Shown piece by piece: positions 19,984 to 30,305 of a stretch of 64,000 bases of DNA. The notes under the pieces were generated by a model, which worked only from the letters and a program-made list of their open reading frames with translations, ran no database searches and was not told the DNA's origin. Both the position numbers and the translations under genes were made by a program. Source of the DNA: a virus (lineage: Duplodnaviria > Heunggongvirae > Uroviricota > Caudoviricetes); IMG/VR virus record IMGVR_UViG_3300034283_001314. One strand, given 5' to 3'. Numbering within the stretch: the stretch's first letter is position 1; each line of letters begins with the position of its first letter.

Positions 19984-21330
19984 ATGAGATTTGTAGAGGA
20001 TAAATTTGATTTTGAAGATTTCTTACGAGAGTATAGAAAAGGTAGCAATAAAATATATGTTAGATTATCAGATGATGAAAAACATTCAATGAATAATCGT
20101 ATATCATTTATTTATATCCTTTCAGAAAATAATGAATATGTCATAAATGTAAACAATGGTGATGGGTTAGGAATTAAAGTAGAAGCACTATCACAATTAT
20201 TAGATACAAAACATAGACAATTAGTATTCAATCTTAAATCAGTTCAACATCTATTACCTTTTAAAAATGCATTTGATATGGATTTAGGTAGATTTGTTGG
20301 GTATGGTTATCATGATATTGAATTAGGTGATACTCAACTCAATCAATTTTACAAATCAAAGTTTAAAAATGAATCATATTTGAACGATAGTATTCCAATG
20401 ATGAAACAATTGGAACTAATAGGACAATATGTTAAAAAATGTTCAACTACAACTACATCAAACACCGATAAATTTATAATCGATGCAACTGAAGCATTTA
20501 ATTATATTGAACATAGTGGTTTGAAAGTAGATGAAGAATATCGTTTAACACTAAATCCAGTTCATTTAACGAAGGATAACATAATTTATACTGAATATAA
20601 CCTAATGACATCTACACTCCGACCATCGAACCGACATGGGGGTGTAAACTATGCAGCACTAAAAAAAGATACTGGTGTAAGAAAAGCATTTGTTAGTAGA
20701 TTTGAGGGTGGAGAATTAATTAGTTGTGATTTTGAAGCATATCACCCTAGATTATTAATGGATATTATCTATCAAACCAAACTTAATTCAAAGGTAGATA
20801 TAAAACAAATGAAATGGATTAGTGATTTTTATGGTTGTGGATTAGATTTCTATACATGGATTGGTAAACAAATGGGTATTGATGACAGAAGTGAAGTAAA
20901 AACTTTAATATTCCAAAACCTGTATGGTGGAATTAGAAGTGAATTATTACATATTCCATATTTTAAAGAGATACAACATCTTACTGATTTATTATATGAT
21001 ACGGTTACTAAAAATAAATGCATGTTTACACACTTATACCACATTCAGTTTAATGAAGATAGATTTGAACCTATAACTCCTGCAAAAGTTTTAAATTATT
21101 ACATTCAATCATACGAAACTGAACGAAATATACAGAAAATTTTAGATATTAAGGACATATTGAAAGGAAAATTAACAAAATTGATATTATATACTTACGA
21201 TGCATTTGTTTTTGATGTGCATCCACTAGAAAAACAATATTTATATAGTGATATCATCCCATTATTAAGAGGTGGACATGGTAGGTATGAAGTAAAAACA
21301 ACAACTGGCAAAAATTATGATGAACTTTAG
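19984..21330 (+). CDS. Short family A DNA polymerase-like protein
   Basis: RPSN...RKAF; motif A CDFEAYHPR; motif B KTLIFQNLYG; NYYIQS; motif C YTYDAFVFD. Confidence 0.75.
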   Translation: MRFVEDKFDFEDFLREYRKGSNKIYVRLSDDEKHSMNNRISFIYILSENNEYVINVNNGDGLGIKVEALSQLLDTKHRQLVFNLKSVQHLLPFKNAFDMDLGRFVGYGYHDIELGDTQLNQFYKSKFKNESYLNDSIPMMKQLELIGQYVKKCSTTTTSNTDKFIIDATEAFNYIEHSGLKVDEEYRLTLNPVHLTKDNIIYTEYNLMTSTLRPSNRHGGVNYAALKKDTGVRKAFVSRFEGGELISCDFEAYHPRLLMDIIYQTKLNSKVDIKQMKWISDFYGCGLDFYTWIGKQMGIDDRSEVKTLIFQNLYGGIRSELLHIPYFKEIQHLTDLLYDTVTKNKCMFTHLYHIQFNEDRFEPITPAKVLNYYIQSYETERNIQKILDIKDILKGKLTKLILYTYDAFVFDVHPLEKQYLYSDIIPLLRGGHGRYEVKTTTGKNYDEL

Positions 21331-23539
21331 TTTAGAAAATCTTAACGAAATTATTGATGATGTTTTATTGGAATTTTGTGTTACATATCCAATTCCTGAT
21401 TTCCAAAATGAGGAACAATTGTTACATTTAAAAACAATATTAGAACAATTTGGTGTAACAATACTAGATGATGCAGAATTAATGGAAGCTATATCATTAG
21501 CACCAAAGAAATTTACATTAGAAGCACCTATAAAAAACAAAGCAGTTAATCCAAAAGATAAAGTTAGAGTAGATGCACATAAAAAAGGATTAGAAGGTAA
21601 AGGTGGTAAAGCATATGGACCTAAAGGTAAAGATTTAATTACACACAGAAACCAAAATGGTAAATTAGTAGCAGTAAATCCACCAGTTAAAATAGGAAAG
21701 GCAGCACAACAACAAAAAGTTGCAGCACAACAAAAGAAAGTAGTAGCACAACCAAAGGCTACAACTAAACCAACTACTAAACCAACTGATAAATTAAAAA
21801 CTAAACTCCCACAACAAACTGCACCACAAGTACAACAAGGTGCACCTACTAGTGGTAAGAAGGTTAAAAAGGTAAATGATTCTATTAGAAAAAAGGATAG
21901 TTTCAATACCGATAAATCAATGACAATTGGTTTAGATGATAAGACAAGTGAAGCAAGAGCAAAAGCAAACAAAGCTAAAAAAATAAATTCAAAGCCATTA
22001 TTTTCAACAAAAGATACACAAACTATATTTGATGGTAAACCAAAATTCCCTAAAAAGTATTTAAAGGTTTTAGAAAGAATGATGCAGTATGGTAAAGAGA
22101 ATATTACAATTACAACTCTTACCGATAAAGCAGGAGCAGGAACATTAGAATCAACTTGTGGTGAGATTGTGGGGATGATAGGATTGAGTATTCAAGATGC
22201 TAGTAAAAGAGCAATGTTCTTTAGATTATTAAAAGCTAGAGCAGAACAAAATGGAAAGGCCGGCATATTAGATGCTAGTTGGGTTACAGCAGGTGAAGCA
22301 CATTGTATTGCAAATGAAAGAAAATTAAAAAGAGATTTTCCAAATGGATATACAATTTTAAATACGTTTTGGGATGTAGCAGATGAGGCAGCGGCAATTG
22401 GTGTTGAAGGATATAGGCAAAACAAAGGATTTTCTACTGATGTTAATATGTTGGTAATGGATAATAAAACCAAACAAACTAAGTGGATAGAACCTTCATT
22501 AAAGAAAGATGAGGTTGTAAACTTATTAAACGGAACTACAAATAGAATCCGTTCAATTGCAGTATTGGCATCAAAGAAAGTAAGTAATAAAGAGAAGGAT
22601 CAATACGAATCAGCAACAAAGGAATTAGAAGGAATGGGTGAGGTTAAGAAAGGAAAAACTCCGGAGTATGCTAGAAAAGAACAACTTCAAAAATATATAA
22701 CAGGATTAGAGGAAAGAGTAAAAGCTGAAATTCCAAAAAATGCAAATGCAGAATATGCATATTCAGTACAAGAAAAGTTACATTCAACCGCTTGGGAAAA
22801 TAAAGATGTAGTTAAACAAAGTAAATTATTGTTAAATGCATGGGCTAAATTAACTCCAAAACAAAAACAAGAAAGAGCTTTATCTATTATTGAAGAAATG
22901 GGGCAAAATGATAAAGGTGGATTAAGAGCTGAAATCGTAGATACTATTAATAAACTTTATAAAAATAAAGATTCAATTAATGGATTAGATAGCATTGGAC
23001 AAATCATAGGTGATAATACATCTAGAGGAAAACAAAAAGCATCTATGATTTTATTAAATTTAGGAAGTTCTACTGGTAAAGCAAATTCACTATCGACAGT
23101 AAGAGATAAAATATATAAAAATACATACGCACACTCAAAGGCAGCATCAGAATATCTATTATCTACAAATGAAACTAAAACCGCATTATTAAGAAGTATT
23201 AGGGATGCATTTCCTGTAAAATCTTTATTAGAAGGTGAGGAAAATATGTTATTAGGTGATTTCAAAAAAGGAAAAACACCGGGTACAAACATAGATCAAT
23301 ATGTATTACAGAGAGTATTTAACATTAAATCAGCTGAAGAATTCCAAAGTGGATTAAAAGTATTAGATACACCACCACCACCACATATTAGTTTTATAGG
23401 TAAAGGTAAAAACTCAAAACCTATTGAAATTGCAGAAATAAAATCTCGTTCCGATGGTAAAGGATATGGTGGTACATGGAAATTGGAAATGAGTTTATCA
23501 AAAAAATTCGTTGAATTGTGTAAACAATACGATACATAA
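21317..23539 (+). CDS. Large Lys-rich hypothetical protein (possible head-internal protein)
   Basis: ORF track; acidic N-terminal segment with LxE sites, then basic low-complexity linker. Confidence 0.6.
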   Translation: MMNFSLENLNEIIDDVLLEFCVTYPIPDFQNEEQLLHLKTILEQFGVTILDDAELMEAISLAPKKFTLEAPIKNKAVNPKDKVRVDAHKKGLEGKGGKAYGPKGKDLITHRNQNGKLVAVNPPVKIGKAAQQQKVAAQQKKVVAQPKATTKPTTKPTDKLKTKLPQQTAPQVQQGAPTSGKKVKKVNDSIRKKDSFNTDKSMTIGLDDKTSEARAKANKAKKINSKPLFSTKDTQTIFDGKPKFPKKYLKVLERMMQYGKENITITTLTDKAGAGTLESTCGEIVGMIGLSIQDASKRAMFFRLLKARAEQNGKAGILDASWVTAGEAHCIANERKLKRDFPNGYTILNTFWDVADEAAAIGVEGYRQNKGFSTDVNMLVMDNKTKQTKWIEPSLKKDEVVNLLNGTTNRIRSIAVLASKKVSNKEKDQYESATKELEGMGEVKKGKTPEYARKEQLQKYITGLEERVKAEIPKNANAEYAYSVQEKLHSTAWENKDVVKQSKLLLNAWAKLTPKQKQERALSIIEEMGQNDKGGLRAEIVDTINKLYKNKDSINGLDSIGQIIGDNTSRGKQKASMILLNLGSSTGKANSLSTVRDKIYKNTYAHSKAASEYLLSTNETKTALLRSIRDAFPVKSLLEGEENMLLGDFKKGKTPGTNIDQYVLQRVFNIKSAEEFQSGLKVLDTPPPPHISFIGKGKNSKPIEIAEIKSRSDGKGYGGTWKLEMSLSKKFVELCKQYDT

Positions 23540-23555
23540 TTAAGGAAACAAAAAA

Positions 23556-23954
23556 ATGAAAACACAGTTATTATGTACATTTAGTACAAAAACCGATGTA
23601 GATAAACATATAGAAATAATAAAAAGTAATTATACTTTGGCATATAATTACATTTATATTTTACAAAACAAAAACATTCCAAATGAATTGTTTGTAACTT
23701 ATAATGTAGTAGTAGAAAATGAACAACCAAACTTAGAAATGAAAACTATTTTGGTTCATAGAAAAAAACAAAGTAATACATTGTATACAATCAATGCATT
23801 GAACAATGTTATTATGGAAGCTACGGGTGGGCAATTAGATAACAAATTTGAAGTAGATTGGGAACATTATAGAAATTGTATTTTAGTTACAAATACAGAA
23901 GGTGTAAAGAAAATTTATACTAGAGTATTTGATGTAATAGATTTAAATAAATAA
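23556..23954 (+). CDS. Hypothetical phage protein
   Basis: ORF track; QLLCTF...VHRKKQSNTLYTINALN. Confidence 0.7.
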   Translation: MKTQLLCTFSTKTDVDKHIEIIKSNYTLAYNYIYILQNKNIPNELFVTYNVVVENEQPNLEMKTILVHRKKQSNTLYTINALNNVIMEATGGQLDNKFEVDWEHYRNCILVTNTEGVKKIYTRVFDVIDLNK

Positions 23955-23955
23955 T

Positions 23956-24288
23956 ATGATTAAGTTAAAAAGTTTATTAAAAGAAGTAAAAGAAACATTT
24001 GAAAGTTTTGCAACCACTAGAGGTAAGGGTGCATCTAAGATTGCATCAACTGCAGAAGAAAAGGGTGGTTTATCCTTATTAACTTATGAACATTTTAAAG
24101 TTAAAGCACCTTACTACAAAAACGCAGTTGAAGGTAAATTCAATAAAGAATCAGCTATTAAAGAATATTGGGAAACATTTGGTAAAATATCATTAGATAT
24201 GGAACAAATGGAATTTCAAAGAGAAGTAGGTCGTTTAGAAGTATTAGGTGAATTATTAATTAGAGATAAGAATAATAAAAATGATTAG
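23956..24288 (+). CDS. Hypothetical protein with MIKLKSLLKE N-terminus
   Basis: ORF track. Confidence 0.65.
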   Translation: MIKLKSLLKEVKETFESFATTRGKGASKIASTAEEKGGLSLLTYEHFKVKAPYYKNAVEGKFNKESAIKEYWETFGKISLDMEQMEFQREVGRLEVLGELLIRDKNNKND

Positions 24289-24778
24289 ATTAAAAAATTT
24301 ATTATCCGAAGACCTTCGTAAATGGTTTGGTAAAGGACCAGAAGGTTCAACTACCGGTGGTGGTTGGGATAGATACAATACTAAAGGTGAAAAAGTTGGT
24401 AAGTGTGGTGATAGTAAAGAGGGTGATGCATACGCAGCTTGTTTATCAAAAGAGAAAGCGGCTAAATTAGGTAAGGATGGAATAGCATCATTTGTAAAAA
24501 GAAAGAGAGCAGCACAATCCGATGCAGGAGATGCAAAAAAAGGTGGTGAACAAAAAAAAGGACAAAAACCTACATTTGTAAAAACAGGTGCTAGTGAAGG
24601 ATTGGAAGAAAAGATAAATTTATTCTTAGAAAAAAATGTACCAACTGACCCCGCAAAATGGGCAGCATCTAAAGCAGCAGCTAAAAGAAAGTTTGATGTT
24701 TATCCTTCAGCATACGCAAACGGATGGGCTGCAAAAAATTACAAAGCTAAGGGTGGTGGTTGGAAAACTGAAAAATAA
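24281..24778 (+). CDS. Basic hypothetical protein with MIRLKNLLSE N-terminus
   Basis: ORF track; EDLRKWF and YPSAYANGWAAKNYKAKGGGW modules. Confidence 0.7.
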   Translation: MIRLKNLLSEDLRKWFGKGPEGSTTGGGWDRYNTKGEKVGKCGDSKEGDAYAACLSKEKAAKLGKDGIASFVKRKRAAQSDAGDAKKGGEQKKGQKPTFVKTGASEGLEEKINLFLEKNVPTDPAKWAASKAAAKRKFDVYPSAYANGWAAKNYKAKGGGWKTEK

Positions 24779-24783
24779 ATAAT

Positions 24784-25230
24784 ATGATTATATGGTTAAC
24801 CGGACAACCTGGTAGTGGTAAGACAGTATTAGCAGGTTGGTTAAGAAGTATTAGTAGTTTAAATAGTAGAATTGAAGTAATTGATGGTGATGATATACGA
24901 GAAATATTTGAAAACAAAGATTATAGTGAAGCAGGTAGAAGACGTAACATAGAGCTAGCACAGAATCTAGCATTATTTCTACATAAAAAGAAATATAATG
25001 TTATAGTTTCATTAGTATCTCCTTATAGGGATCAAAGAGAAGCATTCAAAGAAACATTAGGAAAGGATTTAAAAGAGTTATATGTTCATTGTTCGGATGA
25101 TAGAGGTAGAACTCATTTTCACGTAGAAAACTACGAACCACCTTTAGAAAATTTCATTGATGTAGACACTACGGATGAAAGACCGTTTGAAACTTATGAG
25201 AAAATCAAAGAAAAATTAGGTTTATATTAA
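24784..25230 (+). CDS. cysC: Adenylylsulfate (APS) kinase
   Basis: IIWLTGQPGSGKT, IDGDDIR, YSEAGRRRNI, VSLVSPY, YEPP. Confidence 0.85.
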   Translation: MIIWLTGQPGSGKTVLAGWLRSISSLNSRIEVIDGDDIREIFENKDYSEAGRRRNIELAQNLALFLHKKKYNVIVSLVSPYRDQREAFKETLGKDLKELYVHCSDDRGRTHFHVENYEPPLENFIDVDTTDERPFETYEKIKEKLGLY

Positions 25231-25251
25231 AATAAATTGTAAATTAGAGTT

Positions 25252-25629
25252 ATGAAAAGAAAATACGCAATGTTCATCGGAAGATGGCAAACTTGGCACG
25301 CAGGACACGAATGGTTAATTCGTCAACAATTAGACAAAGGAAAGGATGTTTGGGTAGCAATTAGAGATGTACCAGAAGATGAAAGTAATCCTAAATCAGC
25401 TTACAAAGTTATGATGGATTTAATGGAAGAACCATTTTTTCAAGAAAATATAGATAAAATTTTAGTAAGTATTATTCCTGATATTGAATCAGTAAACTAT
25501 GGTAGAGGTGTAGGGTATGAGGTTATTAATCATCCACCACCTGCAGATGTTGAATTGATTAGTGGAACTAAAATTAGAAAAGGTTATATGGATTCCAACG
25601 GAGATGTTATAGAATATGCCGTTGATTAA
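25252..25629 (+). CDS. HxGH nucleotidyltransferase (cytidylyltransferase-like)
   Basis: FIGRWQTWHAGH; YGRGVGY; ISGTKIR. Confidence 0.75.
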   Translation: MKRKYAMFIGRWQTWHAGHEWLIRQQLDKGKDVWVAIRDVPEDESNPKSAYKVMMDLMEEPFFQENIDKILVSIIPDIESVNYGRGVGYEVINHPPPADVELISGTKIRKGYMDSNGDVIEYAVD

Positions 25630-25822
25630 GAGACATATTGCCAAAACCATCTCATATCGAATTGTAAGTACCTTAGTTGGATTCTTATTAATGTGGTGGA
25701 TAAGTGGTTCAATAAAAGTAGGTGCCGCATTTGGTGTAGCAGAATTGATTTACAAACCAATTCAGTATTATCTACATGAAAGAGTTTGGTATAAATGGAT
25801 TAAGTACGGACTTAAAAAATAA
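25616..25822 (+). CDS. Small membrane protein (DUF2061-like)
   Basis: KRHIAKTISYR...YYLHERVW. Confidence 0.7.
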   Translation: MPLIKRHIAKTISYRIVSTLVGFLLMWWISGSIKVGAAFGVAELIYKPIQYYLHERVWYKWIKYGLKK

Positions 25823-25835
25823 AAACATTATTATA

Positions 25836-26396
25836 ATGATAAACTATACTACTATACCAAATTTTCTATCAAAAAAAGAATGTGAAGATTTGTTACAATT
25901 TTCATTAACCAAAGAATTGAAACCAGCATTGGTAGGTGGGGACAATGGTTTGAATCTAAAAAGTAGAAAATCAAATATATTTTTCTATGATTATAGTTTA
26001 GATTTTCCAAATTTAAATGAAAAATTAATTAATATTTTTAAAAAAGAAGTAAATGTAAAAGGTTATAATATTGATTTTACGAATAATCAATTTCAATTTA
26101 CAGAATACACAACAGACGGATATTATAATTGGCACGAAGATTCTGCAGAGGGAATCTATCAAGAAAGATATTGTTCAATGGTTATACAATTAAATGAAGA
26201 ATATACAGGAGGTGAATTACAAATAAAAGATAAAGATGATAATGAAATAACATTAGAAAAGGGATTGGGTAATCTATTTATTTTTTATTCACACTTAACA
26301 CATAGAGTAAAACCGGTAATATCAGGAACTAGATACTCATTGGTTAATTGGTTTAGGCTAACACCAATAGAAAATTTTAAAAAAACATTAATATAA
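25836..26396 (+). CDS. Fe(II)/2OG oxygenase (prolyl-hydroxylase-like)
   Basis: YNWHED, YTGGEL, HRVKPVISGTRYSLVNW; start moved to ATG 25836. Confidence 0.85.
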   Translation: MINYTTIPNFLSKKECEDLLQFSLTKELKPALVGGDNGLNLKSRKSNIFFYDYSLDFPNLNEKLINIFKKEVNVKGYNIDFTNNQFQFTEYTTDGYYNWHEDSAEGIYQERYCSMVIQLNEEYTGGELQIKDKDDNEITLEKGLGNLFIFYSHLTHRVKPVISGTRYSLVNWFRLTPIENFKKTLI

Positions 26397-26427
26397 TCTA
26401 TAAATACAGATTAAAAAAATAAGTTAT

Positions 26428-26736
26428 ATGCCAGCAAAACCAAAAATTAGTAAAGAAGAATACTCATTTTCAGGAACACCCGAATACACAATACCAATTC
26501 GTAAAGAAACGGAGATGGTCAATGGCCCTAAACATTACGGAGGAGTAGACAATCCATACGAAGTAATTAAAGTATGTGAAGCATGGGGATTAGACAAGGA
26601 TGCATACCTATTTAATGTAGCAAAATATATAGCAAGAGCAGGTAAAAAAGACCCTCAAAAAGAACTAGAGGATTTGAAGAAAGCGGTATTTTATTTAGAA
26701 AGAAAGATAAAAAATTTACAAAATGAAACTAATTAA
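26428..26736 (+). CDS. DUF3310-like protein
   Basis: VNGPKHY, NVAKYIARAGKK, EDLKKAVFYL. Confidence 0.8.
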   Translation: MPAKPKISKEEYSFSGTPEYTIPIRKETEMVNGPKHYGGVDNPYEVIKVCEAWGLDKDAYLFNVAKYIARAGKKDPQKELEDLKKAVFYLERKIKNLQNETN

Positions 26737-26971
26737 ATCAGAAAAATTATTAGAATTATTAGAAGGAATAGGTGTTGTTATGCGAATAATGGCATTTGGT
26801 ATGTTATCTATAATGGGAAAGGATACTCCATTCTTTTGGATGTGGGTATGGAATAGTATTGATGCACTAATATTAACTTATTGTGCATGGGAAAGAGATA
26901 ATAGACCTTATATTTTACTCAATATCTTTTGGCTAATCGTTGGAGTCATTGGCATATATAATTCCCTATAA
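26723..26971 (+). CDS. Small membrane protein
   Basis: Three hydrophobic segments. Confidence 0.6.
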   Translation: MKLIKSEKLLELLEGIGVVMRIMAFGMLSIMGKDTPFFWMWVWNSIDALILTYCAWERDNRPYILLNIFWLIVGVIGIYNSL

Positions 26972-26973
26972 TA

Positions 26974-27005
26974 TTTGGTAGTTTCAAATAATTATCGTAT
27001 CTTTA
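26974..27005 (+). promoter_or_regulatory. Bacteroidota-type promoter for the replication operon
   Basis: TTTG-N20-TATCTTTA. Confidence 0.65.
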
Positions 27006-27106
27006 TTGTATAGGAATTAAGAAAATCGATATTTATACGTGAGATTAAATCGCGATAATCTTAAAACTTAAAACAAACAATTTTTAAAACTTAAAACAAA
27101 AACAGC

Positions 27107-27964
27107 ATGAACATTAATGCAATCAAGCAACGTCTTAATTCGTTGCAAAACACTTCGAAGAAAACGGACTCATTGTGGAAAACCAAACCTGGTAAATACC
27201 AAGTTCGTATCGTACCTTACAAATTCAATAAAGAAAATCCTTTCATTGAATTGTTATTTCACTACAACATTAACAACAAAACTTATTTGAGTCCAGCTTC
27301 TTTTGGAAGACCTGACCCAATTTTAGAGTTCGCAGAGAAACTTAAGAAATTAGGTGATACTGAGAATTGGAAAGCGGGTAAGAAAATGGAACCAAAGTTA
27401 AGAACATTCGCACCGATTATCGTAAGAGGTCAAGAAAATGAGGGTGTTAAATTTTGGGGATTTGGTAAGACTGTGTATCAAGAAATTTTAGCTATCGTAG
27501 CTGATCCTGATTACGGTGATATTACTGATGAAACAAATGGTAGAGATATTGTTATTGAAATTGTAGAAGAAGCAGGTAAAACATATCCTGAAACTCGAAT
27601 CAGAGTAAAACCAAATGTATCTTTATTACATGATAATTCTGCAATCGCATCTAAATTATTAGATGAACAAACTGATATTACAGATATCTATTCGGAATTA
27701 TCTTATGCAGAATTAAAGACTGTGTTAGAAAATTGGTTAAATCCAACTGCAGTAGTTGAAGATGAAAACCCAACTCCTTCAGTATCTCAACAAACATTAG
27801 CTCCTCAACCAAAGAAAGTTGAAGAACAATTGGTAAGTAAAGATGCGGCACCTGAAATTGGTGGTACCGGTATCATTAACGATTTACCTTGGGATGAAGA
27901 AACACCTGCACCAGCACCTAAAGTAGATGTGGCAGCAGCATTTGATGATTTATTTAATTCATAA
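27107..27964 (+). CDS. Single-stranded DNA-binding protein (T4 gp32-like)
   Basis: VRIVP, FHY, WGFGKTVY, GRDI; acidic tail AAAFDDLFNS; first gene of the replication operon. Confidence 0.75.
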   Translation: MNINAIKQRLNSLQNTSKKTDSLWKTKPGKYQVRIVPYKFNKENPFIELLFHYNINNKTYLSPASFGRPDPILEFAEKLKKLGDTENWKAGKKMEPKLRTFAPIIVRGQENEGVKFWGFGKTVYQEILAIVADPDYGDITDETNGRDIVIEIVEEAGKTYPETRIRVKPNVSLLHDNSAIASKLLDEQTDITDIYSELSYAELKTVLENWLNPTAVVEDENPTPSVSQQTLAPQPKKVEEQLVSKDAAPEIGGTGIINDLPWDEETPAPAPKVDVAAAFDDLFNS

Positions 27965-27969
27965 TTATT

Positions 27970-29091
27970 ATGGCTAAAATTGACTTAGCACAAGAAATAG
28001 CCGACAGTTTAAACAAAAAGTGGAAAGACCAAAAGGTTGCCTTCTTTTTGGATGATGATTCTGATGGAGCCCCAACCAATGTACCAGGTTGGGTTTCCAC
28101 CGGAACAGCAATGTTAGATGTTGCTATTTCTAATAGACCTTATGGGGGTTTACCCGTAGGAAGAATCACGGAAATTACCGGATTAGAACAAAGTGGTAAA
28201 TCACTTTTATCAGCTCACTTATTAGCTGAAACTCAAAAGCAAGGTGGGGTAGCAGTATTGATTGATACCGAAACCGCAGTAAGTAGAGAATTCTTTGATG
28301 CAATTGGAGTAGATGTTTCTAAATTGTTATACGTTTCAGTAGACACAGTTGAAGATATTTTTGAAACAATTGATACAATCATAGAGAAAGTTCGTAAGGG
28401 TGATAAAGATAGATTAGTTACAATCGTAGTCGATTCAGTAGCCGCAGCATCAACTAAAAAGGAGATGGATGCGGATTATGATAAAGATGGTTACGCAACT
28501 GACAAAGCTATTATCATTTCAAAAGCAATGAGAAAGATTACTAATGTAATTGGTAGACAAAAAATATCAGTTATCTTTACTAATCAGTTACGACAAAAGT
28601 TAGGTGTTATGTTCGGAGATCCTTGGACTACATCAGGTGGTAAAGCATTAGCATTCCACGCTTCGGTTCGTATTCGTTTAAAGAATATGGGACAGATTAA
28701 AGCAGGTGAGAGAATCATTGGTATCAAAGTAAGAGCACAGGTTATTAAGAATAGATTAGGACCACCATTACGTTCAGCAGATTTTGATATATTCTTTGAT
28801 AGAGGTATTGATAATTTCGGTGGATGGTTAAAGGTGATGAAAGATAACAAATTAGTTAAGCAAGGTGGGGCATGGTACGAATACATTGACACTGATACTG
28901 GTGAAGTTATTAAATTCCAATCAAAAGATTTTATTCAGATGATGGGAGTTAGAGATGAATTAAGAGACCAAATTTATAGAAAGATTTGTGAATCAACAAT
29001 CTTACAATATAAGAAGGAAGGAATTGATCCGGATGAAATTACATATGATAGTGGTGGTGAAATACCAGAACCAGATATCGAAACAGAATAA
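27970..29091 (+). CDS. recA: RecA/UvsX recombinase
   Basis: GRITEITGLEQSGKS, VVDSVAA, FTNQLR, TTSGGKALAFHASVR, KNRLGPP. Confidence 0.95.
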   Translation: MAKIDLAQEIADSLNKKWKDQKVAFFLDDDSDGAPTNVPGWVSTGTAMLDVAISNRPYGGLPVGRITEITGLEQSGKSLLSAHLLAETQKQGGVAVLIDTETAVSREFFDAIGVDVSKLLYVSVDTVEDIFETIDTIIEKVRKGDKDRLVTIVVDSVAAASTKKEMDADYDKDGYATDKAIIISKAMRKITNVIGRQKISVIFTNQLRQKLGVMFGDPWTTSGGKALAFHASVRIRLKNMGQIKAGERIIGIKVRAQVIKNRLGPPLRSADFDIFFDRGIDNFGGWLKVMKDNKLVKQGGAWYEYIDTDTGEVIKFQSKDFIQMMGVRDELRDQIYRKICESTILQYKKEGIDPDEITYDSGGEIPEPDIETE

Positions 29092-29097
29092 AGGTTT

Positions 29098-30126
29098 ATG
29101 AACGAAACATACAAAAAGTTACTAAACGAGGTAGAGAAAGACCATCAGCAATTAGGAAAAGAAAAGGTATTAATTGTTGATGGTCTTAATACCTTTATAA
29201 GAAGTTGGACAGTAAATCCTACTATGGATGATAACGGAGACCACATTGGTGGTATCGTTGGATTCTTAAAAGGAATTGGGTTTGCTATTAGAGAACAAAA
29301 TGCAACTCGTTGTATTATTGTATTTGATGGTAAAGGTGGTTCTAAAAGTAGAAAGGATTTATTTAGTGGTTACAAAGAGAATAGAGGTAACAATCGTTTT
29401 AGAGTGAATAGAGCATACTCAGATTTGATGAATAAAGAAGAAGAGGGTGTATCTATGAAACGACAAATGATTGGTTTAATCGAACTGCTAGAGTACCTAC
29501 CGGTGGAAATAATGTTATACGATAACATTGAAGCAGATGATGTTATGGGCTATATTGCATCACAACTTTTAAAAGAGGATGAATTGGCAGTTATTATGAG
29601 TGCCGATAAAGATTTCCTACAATTAGTAAATGAAAGAGTCACAGTTTATTCCCCAACAAAAAAGAAAGTTTACGATACGAAATTGGTTTTGGATGAGTAT
29701 GGTGTTCATCCCTCAAATTTTATGGTTTATCGTACTCTTGATGGTGATAAGTCCGATAACATTGATGGTATTTCTGGGTGTGGGCTTAAGACTATTGTTA
29801 AGAGATTTCCAGAGGTGGTTGAGGAAACAGAACTTACGATAGATAAAATGTTTGAACTATGTGAAGAACGCAGAAGTGAAAACAAAATCTATGACAAAAT
29901 ATTAGATGGTAAAAAATTAGTAGAAAGAAATTTTAAACTAATGCAATTATCCGATCCAGATATACCTTCTAATAAGAAATTAACAATTAACCAAAAATAT
30001 TTGGATAATTCAGCAAAATTGGATAAATTAGGATTCATTAAAAAGGCAATGGGAATGCGAACTATTAATTCATTCGGTGATGTTAATAGTTGGATTCAAA
30101 GTACATTCGCCAAATTACATAAATAA
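29098..30126 (+). CDS. 5'-3' exonuclease / flap endonuclease (T4 RNase H-like)
   Basis: IVDGLN, VFDG, YKENR, EADD, SADKDFLQL, GDKSDNIDGI.G.G.KT. Confidence 0.9.
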   Translation: MNETYKKLLNEVEKDHQQLGKEKVLIVDGLNTFIRSWTVNPTMDDNGDHIGGIVGFLKGIGFAIREQNATRCIIVFDGKGGSKSRKDLFSGYKENRGNNRFRVNRAYSDLMNKEEEGVSMKRQMIGLIELLEYLPVEIMLYDNIEADDVMGYIASQLLKEDELAVIMSADKDFLQLVNERVTVYSPTKKKVYDTKLVLDEYGVHPSNFMVYRTLDGDKSDNIDGISGCGLKTIVKRFPEVVEETELTIDKMFELCEERRSENKIYDKILDGKKLVERNFKLMQLSDPDIPSNKKLTINQKYLDNSAKLDKLGFIKKAMGMRTINSFGDVNSWIQSTFAKLHK

Positions 30127-30152
30127 AAAAAATACATGGAGGAAACAAACCT

Positions 30153-30305
30153 ATGAAATGTTTAAAAAGTACAAAGACTGGTAAAATTATCAGAGTATCA
30201 AACAAAGAAGCTTACAACGCAACAAGTGAATGGAAATTCATTCCTAAGAGTGAATGGAAAGCAGAAGTAAGACCATCTAAAAAAGAAGAAAAAGAAAGTA
30301 AATAA
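30153..30305 (+). CDS. Small hypothetical protein (50 aa; below ORF-track cutoff)
   Basis: MKCLKSTKTGKIIRVSNKEAYNATSEWKFIPKSEWK...; stop overlaps the helicase ATG. Confidence 0.55.
   Translation: MKCLKSTKTGKIIRVSNKEAYNATSEWKFIPKSEWKAEVRPSKKEEKESK

Noticed and set aside
27038-27060. H-type pseudoknot in the SSB leader
   Set aside because: Connecting loops of 0 and 1 nt are too short; alternative hairpins are more plausible.
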